Below, piece by piece: positions 20,947 through 28,641 of a DNA stretch of 64,000 nt. The first letter of the stretch is position 1; every line of letters starts with the position of its first letter. The notes beneath the pieces were generated by a model. It was not told where the DNA came from. It saw only the letters and a list, made by a program, of their open reading frames with translations, and did not search any database. Made by a program: the position numbers and the translations under genes. The DNA lies in NCBI GenBank assembly GCA_965238075.1, contig OZ250173.1, positions 768,001 to 832,000 of the forward strand, in the 5' to 3' direction. The DNA comes from Candidatus Entotheonellaceae bacterium (GTDB lineage: Bacteria; Tectomicrobia; Entotheonellia; Entotheonellales; Entotheonellaceae).

Positions 20947-21489
20947 ATGAAAGCAACCCTTGAACGCTACTTCGGCTTGGCGCAGCGCGGCACCGACGTG
21001 CGGACGGAGGTGACGGCAGGCGTAACGACGTTCCTGACGATGGCCTACATCGCCTTCGTGAACCCGCAGATTCTCTCCGACGCCGGCATGCCGTTCGATG
21101 CGGTGTTCGTGGCCACCTGCATCGCCGCGGCGCTCAGCACGCTGCTGATGGGCCTGTACGCCAACTACCCGATCGCGCTGGCGCCGGGCATGGGGCTCAA
21201 CGCCTTCTTCGCTTACGGCGTCGTCCTCGGCATGGGCCACACGTGGCAAGTCGCGCTCGGCGCGGTCTTCATCTCCGGCGTGCTGTTCCTCATCCTGAGC
21301 GTAGTGCCGGTGCGGCGCTGGATCATCGAGGCGATTCCCCAAGGACAGAAGCTGGCCATCGCCGATGGTATCGGGCTCGGCTTCCTGACCTACGTCGTGA
21401 TCAAGTTGATAGCAGGACGCTGGGGCGATTGCTCGCCGACGCTGGTCGCGGTGGCGCTGCTCTTCGCCGTGAAGTTCGCGTGGCTGTGA
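20947..21489 (+). pseudogene. NCS2/AzgA-family purine permease with a large in-frame internal deletion
   Basis: N-terminus (TEVTAGVTTFLTMAYIAFVNPQIL, ALAPGMGLNAFF, AIP..KLAI) joined directly to the family C-terminus (ADGIGLGFLTYVVIKLIAGR). 180 aa versus roughly 430 aa normally. Confidence 0.85.
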
Positions 21490-21544
21490 ACACCCCCGCA
21501 GGAAATCCCCGTTGGTGTGTGGAATGAAGAAGAGTCACCTGAGT

Positions 21545-21721
21545 CGTCACGCCGGCGAAAGAACGTCACCCCGGACTTGATCCGGGGCCGGAGTCCAGGG
21601 GTTTCCCAAGCGCCAAGCACCTGCCCAGACCGCGAATCGGAACTTGTCTCGTTCTTGAAACGAGGTCTGGGACAAACTTCGATTCGGGGCTGCTGGATTC
21701 CGGGTCAAGCGCGGAATGACG
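21545..21721. repeat. CGTC-type REP doublet with nested palindromes
   Basis: CGTCACGCCGGCGAAAG[AACGTCACCCCGGACTTGATCCGGGG]CCGGAGTCCAG ... CTGGATTCCGGGTCAAGCGCGGAATGACG, plus an internal CCCAGACC..GGTCTGGG IR. Confidence 0.78.
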
Positions 21722-21770
21722 ATGGGGGGCGGGCGGACGGGTCTCTACATAGGAATGGCGCGCCCGCCGT

Positions 21771-22583
21771 TCACACCATGAAATTCATGCGTGTAACGAT
21801 AGCCTCCCCGAGCGCCCGGTCGCCGTCGATGCGCACCTTGTTGGACGCCAGCGCCGGGCTCCCCTCCCAGCGGCCGTTTCCCAGGCAGGTAAACGTTTCC
21901 ACGTCCATGATAAGGCGCACGTTCGGGCTGGCCGGCGGGGTGTCAAGGAAGGTGGCGCGCCCGCCTTCGACACCGATCGGCAGGGTGCGGCCGGCTGGAC
22001 CGGTGATTTCGAAAACGACCGTCGTGCCGTCGGGGGCGGCGGCTTTCTTGCCGACCACAAAAGGCATCGCCCGGGCCATGCGGTCCATGGAATGCACCAC
22101 CACCGGGCCCTCCAGGTGGCCGGAGCGCCCAACGGCGCGGCGTACGTCCTGCTCGTGTACCCAGCAATCGAAAATACGAATGACCATGAAATCGCGTATC
22201 GTGCCGGGCCCAACCGGCGTCTGTGTGGGCTCCGAGAAGTCGTCGGCGCTCATGCCGCGCAGCCGCTGCAGGCGCGCCGCGGTGACTTCGCGGAACGCCT
22301 CGAGCACTTCCGCGCCGGAACGCGGACGCAGGAAATCCACCCATACCTCGTTGCCCTTGCCGATGTCGTTCTTGACGTGTTCCATCTCCTGTGGTGTGTG
22401 ATCCGGCACCGGGCGGCCCGCCAACCGCGACTCGGTGCCGACGATGTGCGCCACGTGATCCTGCACCGACCACTTTGGGCAGTCGGTTGCAAGCTTCCAC
22501 TCCTGCTCGCTGAACGTAGCGCACAATTCCGCCATCGAACCCCACACACGCTCCAATTTATCCACGATTTCCTGGTCACTCAT
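21771..22583 (-). CDS. Maleylpyruvate isomerase family mycothiol-dependent enzyme (MDMPI/DinB-like)
   Basis: TDCPKWSVQDHVAHI and RIFDCWVHEQDVRRA metal-binding motifs; C-terminal SCP2-like segment. Confidence 0.88.
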   Translation of the reverse strand: MSDQEIVDKLERVWGSMAELCATFSEQEWKLATDCPKWSVQDHVAHIVGTESRLAGRPVPDHTPQEMEHVKNDIGKGNEVWVDFLRPRSGAEVLEAFREVTAARLQRLRGMSADDFSEPTQTPVGPGTIRDFMVIRIFDCWVHEQDVRRAVGRSGHLEGPVVVHSMDRMARAMPFVVGKKAAAPDGTTVVFEITGPAGRTLPIGVEGGRATFLDTPPASPNVRLIMDVETFTCLGNGRWEGSPALASNKVRIDGDRALGEAIVTRMNFMV

Positions 22584-22735
22584 GTTGTCTCCTTGGCTTG
22601 CCGCTGGGTGTCGAAAAGCTCATGTTGGCACAGGAACCGCCGGCAGGCAAAATCCACGCGACGCGCCGGACAGCATGCCACCCATGCGCGATTTTGCTAT
22701 GATGCACGGTCTCAGATTCCAACACGCCGCCATTC

Positions 22736-22791
22736 CACCCACAGCGAGCGCCAGCGAGCGTATAAGCCATCCGCCACGAGCCTCAGCGAGT
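22736..22791 (+). repeat. Tandem-GA double-hairpin element upstream of an RBS (copy 1)
   Basis: CACCCACAGCGAGCGCCAGCGAGCG..ACGAGCCTCAGCGAGT. The first 25 nt are 24/25 identical to 61699-61723. Confidence 0.7.
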
Positions 22792-22804
22792 GAAAGGAGC
22801 AGTC

Positions 22805-24448
22805 ATGCAAGGGAACCAGGTTATTGCGCAGATACTCAAAGCCGAGGGGGTCGACTGGCTGTCCTGCTTCCCGGCGCAAGGCTTGATCGACGTGGCCTCC
22901 ATGGAAGGCATTCGGCCCATCATGTGCCGCCAGGAGCGGGCCGGCGTGAATATGGCAGACGGATACAGCCGGACCACCAACGGCAAGAAGATCGGCGTCT
23001 TCACCATGCAGACCGGGCCGGGCGCCGAGAACGCCTTCAGCGGCGTCGCGCAGGCCTTTGCCGATTCGGTTCCCATCCTGCTGCTGCCCGGCGGCCAGCC
23101 CGCGTCGCGCATGGGTGTGCATCCGAATTTCGAGGCGGTGCCCAACTATCAGGGCGTCACCAAGTGGGCCGGGTTGTTCAATCAGGTCGAACGTATCCCC
23201 GAGATGATGTCGCGCGCCTTCACCCACTTGCGGCACGGGCGCTTGGGGCCGGTGCTGCTGGAAATCCCCGGCGATGTCGCCACCACCGAGATTCCCCAGG
23301 ATTCCTTCACCTACACACCGCCCAAGGTGCATAAGTCGGGCGCCAGCGCCGAGGACGTGCGCGACGTGGTGACGGCGTTGCTCAAGGCGTCCAACCCGGT
23401 CATCAACGCCGGCCAGGGCGTGCTGTACGCCGAGGCCACGCCCGAGCTCGTCGCCTTTGCGGAACTGACCCACGTTCCCGTCTTTACCACTCTGGCCGGC
23501 AAGAGCGCCTTTCCTGAAACCCATCCCTTGGCGCTGGGGACCGCCGCCTCTTCCGGCACGATGATGGCCCGCGACTTCCTGCGAACTACCGATTTCATCC
23601 TGGGTATGGGAACGAGCTTTGCCATTTCGCACTTCAACGCCCCGATGCCTGTCGGGGTCCCCATGGCGCAGTGCACCAATTGCGCCGAGGACCTCAACAA
23701 GGATTATCGGGTCAGCTACGGCGCCGTGGGCGATGCGAAGATCGTGCTGCAGCAGATGATCGAGGAGGCCAAACGGCAACTCGGCGCGCAAGGCCGGGGG
23801 GACGTCAACGGCGTGGTGGACGGCATCAAGCGGTCGCACAAGGCATTCATGGCGGAATGGGGTCCGCGGCTGGCGTCGGACGAGGTGCCCATGAGCCCGT
23901 ACCGGGTGATCAACGAAGTCGCCCACAACGTGGACGTGGCCAACACCATCATCACGCACGATTCGGGCTATCCCCGCGAGCAGCTCGTGCCTTTCTGGAA
24001 GCCGGTGACGCCGCGCGGCTATATCGGCTGGGGCAAGTCGACGCAGCTCGGCTACGGCCTCGGCCTGGCCATGGGCGCCAAGCTCGCCGCGCCCGACAAG
24101 ACGGTCATCAACATCATGGGCGACGCGGCTTTCGGCATGGCCGGCATGGACGTGGAAACCGCCGCCCGGTCGCGCATCGGCATCCTCACCATCGTCCTCA
24201 ACAACGGCGTCATGACCCACTACGCCGACCACTTTCCGCACGCCGCCAAGCACTGGGGCAGCAACAAGCTCGGCGGCGAGTACGCGAAGGTAGCGGAGGC
24301 GCTCGGCGCTTACGCGGAGAAGGTGGCAACGCCGGACGCCATCGGCGGCGCCATTCAGCGGGGTTTGGCGGCTACCCAAGAGGGGCGGCCTGCACTGCTG
24401 GAGATGATGACCAAGGAGGAAGAGGACGTGTGCAGTTATTGGCGGTAG
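22805..24448 (+). CDS. Thiamine pyrophosphate-dependent enzyme (acetolactate synthase-like family)
   Basis: RQERAGVNMADG, GPGAEN, GPVLLEIP, and the TPP motif GDAAFGM...IVLNN. AAAGGAG RBS. Confidence 0.92.
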   Translation: MQGNQVIAQILKAEGVDWLSCFPAQGLIDVASMEGIRPIMCRQERAGVNMADGYSRTTNGKKIGVFTMQTGPGAENAFSGVAQAFADSVPILLLPGGQPASRMGVHPNFEAVPNYQGVTKWAGLFNQVERIPEMMSRAFTHLRHGRLGPVLLEIPGDVATTEIPQDSFTYTPPKVHKSGASAEDVRDVVTALLKASNPVINAGQGVLYAEATPELVAFAELTHVPVFTTLAGKSAFPETHPLALGTAASSGTMMARDFLRTTDFILGMGTSFAISHFNAPMPVGVPMAQCTNCAEDLNKDYRVSYGAVGDAKIVLQQMIEEAKRQLGAQGRGDVNGVVDGIKRSHKAFMAEWGPRLASDEVPMSPYRVINEVAHNVDVANTIITHDSGYPREQLVPFWKPVTPRGYIGWGKSTQLGYGLGLAMGAKLAAPDKTVINIMGDAAFGMAGMDVETAARSRIGILTIVLNNGVMTHYADHFPHAAKHWGSNKLGGEYAKVAEALGAYAEKVATPDAIGGAIQRGLAATQEGRPALLEMMTKEEEDVCSYWR

Positions 24449-24457
24449 CCCGCCTGC

Positions 24458-24561
24458 CGTCACCTCGGCGGAAAGCCAGCTCCGTGCTTGATACGGGGCT
24501 GGGGTCCAGGAGGTTTTCCGGCGGTCGAAGTCATTGGATTCCGGCCTTCGCCGAAATGACG
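24458..24561. repeat. CGTC-type REP doublet with nested palindrome, between convergent genes
   Basis: CGTCACCTCGGCGGAAAGCCAGCTCCGTGCTTGATACGGGGCTGGGGTCCAG ... TGGATTCCGGCCTTCGCCGAAATGACG. Confidence 0.7.
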
Positions 24562-24573
24562 ATTTGGGAACCT

Positions 24574-24918
24574 TTAAGGGTCGTGATCCGCATGGTCGTC
24601 ATGGGCCGCGTGCGACGCCATCCGGTGGCTGAGTTCCGGCGGCGTCACAAGGCCATTGTCGATCAGGAGTTTTTCGAGGCTTGAGAGCCAGCGTTCGTAG
24701 TAAGTCGAGGTATTTCCCGCCTGTTCCGCCTTGGCAATTTCCGCCGCCAGGGCGGAACTGAATTCCCGCCATTCATAAACGCCGCTTTCCTGCAAAGCCA
24801 CGGCAAGACCAAAAATCCTCGCCTCCCACGGCGTGGCAAAGACCAACTCGCCGTTCTGGCGCGGCAGGGCCATCTCACCCGACATGTCGGTTATCTGGCG
24901 GTGGGGCGTGGTATCCAT
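24574..24918 (-). CDS. Nitrile hydratase accessory protein (P14K/NhlE-like)
   Basis: LPRQNGELVFATPWEARIFGLAV, YYERWLSSLEKLL, His-rich C-terminus. Confidence 0.9.
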   Translation of the reverse strand: MDTTPHRQITDMSGEMALPRQNGELVFATPWEARIFGLAVALQESGVYEWREFSSALAAEIAKAEQAGNTSTYYERWLSSLEKLLIDNGLVTPPELSHRMASHAAHDDHADHDP

Positions 24919-24964
24919 GCGCGTTCACCTCTGCGGACTCGGAGTCTTCACAAGCCGCCTTGCG

Positions 24965-25426
24965 TCAGACCAGCGCTTCAAGGGCGGCCTCCGGCGTCAG
25001 ATGCGGCGACGCAAAAGGATCAACCACCCGGACGGCGCCAAACGTCTGGCCGTGCTGCAGGTCCTCGGTCAGGAGCACATTGCACTCGCAGGCCTGCGCC
25101 GCCGCAACGATGAGCGCGTCCCACCAGGACACGGCGTGACGATCCTCCAAGAGCCAGGCGCGTTCCAAAATGGCAACGTCAATCAGCACTGGGCGCCATT
25201 CGGCAAGAACACGCACAATCTGTCGGGCTTTCGACGCCTCAAGACCGGGCTTCAGCTTACGTGTCAGCGTGGAGTAGAGTTCCTGCAGGACCTGAAAACT
25301 CAATCGTCCGCAACGCTGACGCCAAAGCAGCCTGTACCAATCGTCGGCCCGGGACTGCTTGAGCGGATTCGTCATGTCGTGTCGGTAGACGATAACGTTC
25401 GTGTCAACGAAGACAGGACCCGTCAT
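24965..25426 (-). CDS. PIN-domain toxin (VapC-like)
   Basis: FVDTNVIVY, QVLQELY, SWWDALI and LLTEDL supply the four acidic catalytic residues. Confidence 0.9.
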   Translation of the reverse strand: MTGPVFVDTNVIVYRHDMTNPLKQSRADDWYRLLWRQRCGRLSFQVLQELYSTLTRKLKPGLEASKARQIVRVLAEWRPVLIDVAILERAWLLEDRHAVSWWDALIVAAAQACECNVLLTEDLQHGQTFGAVRVVDPFASPHLTPEAALEALV

Positions 25427-25441
25427 ATAATGCCTCGCCTA

Positions 25442-25690
25442 TCAGCGGGGACCCGGCGCCGAGCGGTCGTAGAGAGAGTCACGCGGCGGATAGGGCTTCC
25501 CGCCATCGTTCAGTTTCTCAGGCTGGGTCGACAAAGCGTGCTGCATCGCGGCCTCGTACTTGTCCTCCTGGCACCGCATCCCATCAAGGAGTTCTGCCAC
25601 CCATCTCGATACGCTGCGCTCGTTCTCCGCCGCCCGGACCCTCAACCAGCGGGCGAGATCCTCCGGCAGGGTAATGGTGACGTTCTTCAT
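25442..25690 (-). CDS. Ribbon-helix-helix/CopG-like antitoxin
   Basis: MKNVTITLPEDLARWLRVRAAENERSVSRWV; GAGGAG RBS; directly upstream of the PIN gene. Confidence 0.85.
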   Translation of the reverse strand: MKNVTITLPEDLARWLRVRAAENERSVSRWVAELLDGMRCQEDKYEAAMQHALSTQPEKLNDGGKPYPPRDSLYDRSAPGPR

Positions 25691-25700
25691 ATTGGTCTCC

Positions 25701-26342
25701 TCATGATTCGACCGGATCCGGAAATGTGCCGGCGGCATGCACGACGGCAACGCCGATCATGGCATCGCGGCTGACCAGGGGGATGAGTGCGTCTTCGCAC
25801 AGACCTTCCGTGCCTGCGGGGCGCTCGGGCAGCACCATGTAGCGGATATCGGAATTGCTGTCCCAGACACGCACCTCGATGTGTTCCGGCAGGTCGAGGC
25901 CGAACTCGCGCAGCACCGTTCTCGGCTCCCGGACCAGCCGCGAGCGGTAGGCGTACGACTTGTACCAGGCAGGCGGCAGCCCCAGAACGGGCCAGGGATA
26001 GCACGAGCACAGGGTGCAGACCACCACGTTGTGCACGCTCGGGGTGTTCTCCAGCACGACGATGTCAGCGCCCTGCGCGCCGCTGAAGCCAAGCTCCGCC
26101 ACCGCCGCGGTGCCGTCGGCCAGCAAGCGCTGCTTGTAGGCGGCGTCAGTCCAGGCGCGAGCCACCACTTTGGCGCCGTTGAGCGGCCCGACGTCTTGTT
26201 CGTAGGTGCGCACCACGGCGTCGATGACGTCGGTGGTGATGAGGCCCTTTTCGACCAGCAGGGACTCCAGGGCCTGGGTGCGCAGCGCCATGTCGGCGTC
26301 GCTTCCGGCGTGGTCGTGATGGTCGTGGTGTGTGCCGCTCAT
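25701..26342 (-). CDS. nthA: Cobalt-type nitrile hydratase alpha subunit
   Basis: [10 protein letters not shown] (Co-type CTLCSCY), [20 protein letters not shown]. Confidence 0.95.
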   Translation of the reverse strand: MSGTHHDHHDHAGSDADMALRTQALESLLVEKGLITTDVIDAVVRTYEQDVGPLNGAKVVARAWTDAAYKQRLLADGTAAVAELGFSGAQGADIVVLENTPSVHNVVVCTLCSCYPWPVLGLPPAWYKSYAYRSRLVREPRTVLREFGLDLPEHIEVRVWDSNSDIRYMVLPERPAGTEGLCEDALIPLVSRDAMIGVAVVHAAGTFPDPVES

Positions 26343-26347
26343 TTGCC

Positions 26348-27022
26348 TCACTCCTCCAGCGGTTCGAGATAGCTTTCCCACATGTCGATGCAGACCGTAC
26401 TGTTGACCTGCGCGGCGTCGCCCCAGAGCTCCGAAGCCGCGAAACGGACCGCGTATACCGCCTGGGGTTCGACGGTAACACCGAGCGGCTGCGCATCCTG
26501 CACGTCCTGAAAGCCGTAGAAGCGCACCACCACGCCGTGTTTGCCGCGCACGTAGCGGGTCAACCGGGTATGTCCGGGCGGGTGCAGGTTGCGGACCCGC
26601 ACGGCGTCGCCGAGGCCGAATTGGGGCTGCGTGTCCACGTCGCGGCGCGGCGAGCGGTGCGTGCGCAGGTTCGCCAGCGCCGCTTGCACCCGTTCTGAAT
26701 CCTCGCGGCGCGGCACCGGGGTTTCGGGCCGGTCGCGGTAGAGCGCTTCCCGGGCCTGCAGTTCCTCTGCCGTCAGAACGCCGCTGTCGATGAGCCCCTT
26801 GACGCGGGCGTGCAGCCATTTCTCATAGTAGCTCGACCGCAGGTAGTGCAGCGGTTCCATGGTCTCGATGTTGTTGCGCGCGCCGCCCGGAATGGGCACC
26901 GGCGTCACCGCCCGCATGGCGAACACCCGGCCCTCCCAGTCGTGGTGGAACACCGGCTCGTTCGCTTCCCGCTCGATAGCCCCGAACCCGTGCATGCCAC
27001 CCATGTCATGGATGCCGTTCAT
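26348..27022 (-). CDS. nthB: Nitrile hydratase beta subunit
   Basis: [47 protein letters not shown]. Confidence 0.93.
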   Translation of the reverse strand: MNGIHDMGGMHGFGAIEREANEPVFHHDWEGRVFAMRAVTPVPIPGGARNNIETMEPLHYLRSSYYEKWLHARVKGLIDSGVLTAEELQAREALYRDRPETPVPRREDSERVQAALANLRTHRSPRRDVDTQPQFGLGDAVRVRNLHPPGHTRLTRYVRGKHGVVVRFYGFQDVQDAQPLGVTVEPQAVYAVRFAASELWGDAAQVNSTVCIDMWESYLEPLEE

Positions 27023-27038
27023 GCCGTTCTCCTCTCCC

Positions 27039-27773
27039 TCACGCCACCATGGCCCGTCGCAATTGGTCGATTTCCGCGTCACCCAGACCGGTCGTCCGCA
27101 CATACGCTTCGATGCCGCCGTAGCGTTTCTTGAGATGCGCCAGCGTCGTGCGAATGAAGCCGGGGTCACACAGGACTAACAAATCATACGAAAAGCCCTG
27201 CGCCTCGGCCCGCCGGCGAGCTTCTTCGAGATAGACGCCCGCCAGACAGGTGCCGCTCAGCGCATAATCCGTCACGATGGTTTCCTCCGGCACTCCGGCG
27301 AGGCCGAGCACCAACGCCACGATCAGTCCGGTGCGGTCCTTGCCCGCCGTGCAATTCACCACCGCCGGCAAGGCGCCCGGCGTTGCCAGGGCTGCCAGCG
27401 CGGCGCCCACCTGCTCGCTGCGGTGGTCCAGAATACTGCGGTATATCTCAACGAGGGTCGGTAGAACTTCCGGCATGGAAGGGGTGTCGTTCAGGAGCGG
27501 CAAGTGGCGATAGGTAACCTGAGCCGACGCCGCGAAAACGTTGGGCGCCTCGGCCAGTTCCTCGGCCTGCCTGAGATCGATTGCGCTCCGCAAGCCACAC
27601 TCGATGAGGGAGGCACGGTCGGCTTCGGACAGGCGGTGCGGGCTGTCGGAACGGAACAGGGTGCGCCAGCGGGTAGTGCCGCCATTGCGGGCGGGATAGC
27701 CGCCGACGTCGCGGAAATTGTACGTCCCTGCAAACTTCAGGCGACGCGGTGGCGGCGGCGTGTCAGGCGGCAT
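27039..27773 (-). CDS. Tyrosine/dual-specificity phosphatase (IphP/PtpB-like)
   Basis: NFRDVGGY, FRSD, IDLR, NCTAGKDRTG (CX5R), DYALS. Confidence 0.9.
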   Translation of the reverse strand: MPPDTPPPPRRLKFAGTYNFRDVGGYPARNGGTTRWRTLFRSDSPHRLSEADRASLIECGLRSAIDLRQAEELAEAPNVFAASAQVTYRHLPLLNDTPSMPEVLPTLVEIYRSILDHRSEQVGAALAALATPGALPAVVNCTAGKDRTGLIVALVLGLAGVPEETIVTDYALSGTCLAGVYLEEARRRAEAQGFSYDLLVLCDPGFIRTTLAHLKKRYGGIEAYVRTTGLGDAEIDQLRRAMVA

Positions 27774-27848
27774 GGCTGTTGGTCTGCTTTCCAGGGGGCA
27801 AGCGGCCAGTGCCTCTTGCCCGGACTTGCGGAAGGGCGCGACGTGTGT

Positions 27849-28487
27849 CTAGACGCTGGGACGTTCGGCAAAAATCGGCCCCGTCTCGCGCGTGCGCTTG
27901 AACTCGTAAAAGCCGTCCGTGCGGCCCGCCAGGACCATGGCGTCCCACAGCGCCACGGCAGCCTCGCCGGTCGGCGCCGGGCTGAACACCGGGCCGAAAA
28001 AGCCGGGGCCGCTGCCGCCGTCGAGAACGATCAGCGGCACACCGACGTCGGTACCGGCCTTGGCGGTGGCGTTCTCCATGTCCTTTTTGATCACCTCGTC
28101 CCATCCCTCGTCGTCCGCAGCGGTGGCGAAATCCGTGGAGAAGCCGCAGGTATCGAGGATGGATGCCAGCTCGGGCACTTGGCCAATGTCCACCTCATCG
28201 TGGTGCCAGCGGGCGCCCATGACGGTATACAGCTTGCCGACTGCCTCCTCGCCGAGATCCTGGCGCACCGCCGCGGCGACGCGCAGGGCGCGCAGGCCCA
28301 TCAGGTGCCGGGGGCCGAATTGCGGCGGCAGGTCGCGGCCCTCGTTGATTTTCTTCAGGCTGAACAATTTCCAGTGCACCTTGATGTCCTTGTGCCGCCC
28401 GACATCTTCCATCCAGCGGGCCGTGATCCAACACCAGGGACAAACCGGGTCCCAGTAAAACTCAACCGCGTCTTTCGCTTCCGCCAT
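27849..28487 (-). CDS. DsbA-like thioredoxin-fold protein (Rv2466c mycothiol-dependent reductase-like)
   Basis: FYWDPVCPWCWITARW, DVGVP, GFFGPV, FYEFKRTR. AAGGAG RBS. Confidence 0.85.
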   Translation of the reverse strand: MAEAKDAVEFYWDPVCPWCWITARWMEDVGRHKDIKVHWKLFSLKKINEGRDLPPQFGPRHLMGLRALRVAAAVRQDLGEEAVGKLYTVMGARWHHDEVDIGQVPELASILDTCGFSTDFATAADDEGWDEVIKKDMENATAKAGTDVGVPLIVLDGGSGPGFFGPVFSPAPTGEAAVALWDAMVLAGRTDGFYEFKRTRETGPIFAERPSV

Positions 28488-28641
28488 CTCTCTTTTCTCC
28501 TTGTAGATTCGCGTCATGGACGGGCATGCCGCTGCAGCCCGGCGCGAAAGACTACCATATTGCCCCGGCGGAAGTAAGGCGGTAGGCTGCAGGTTCGTTG
28601 TCATTCAGGTTGGCCCTACCCCATCTGCGTAAGGAATCCAG

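Noticed and set aside
22582..23334. ORF with a repeated PP(T/R)ASASER peptide as a leader or precursor peptide
   Set aside because: The peptide repeat is a by-product of the GCGAGC hairpin element, and the ORF overlaps the TPP gene out of frame.
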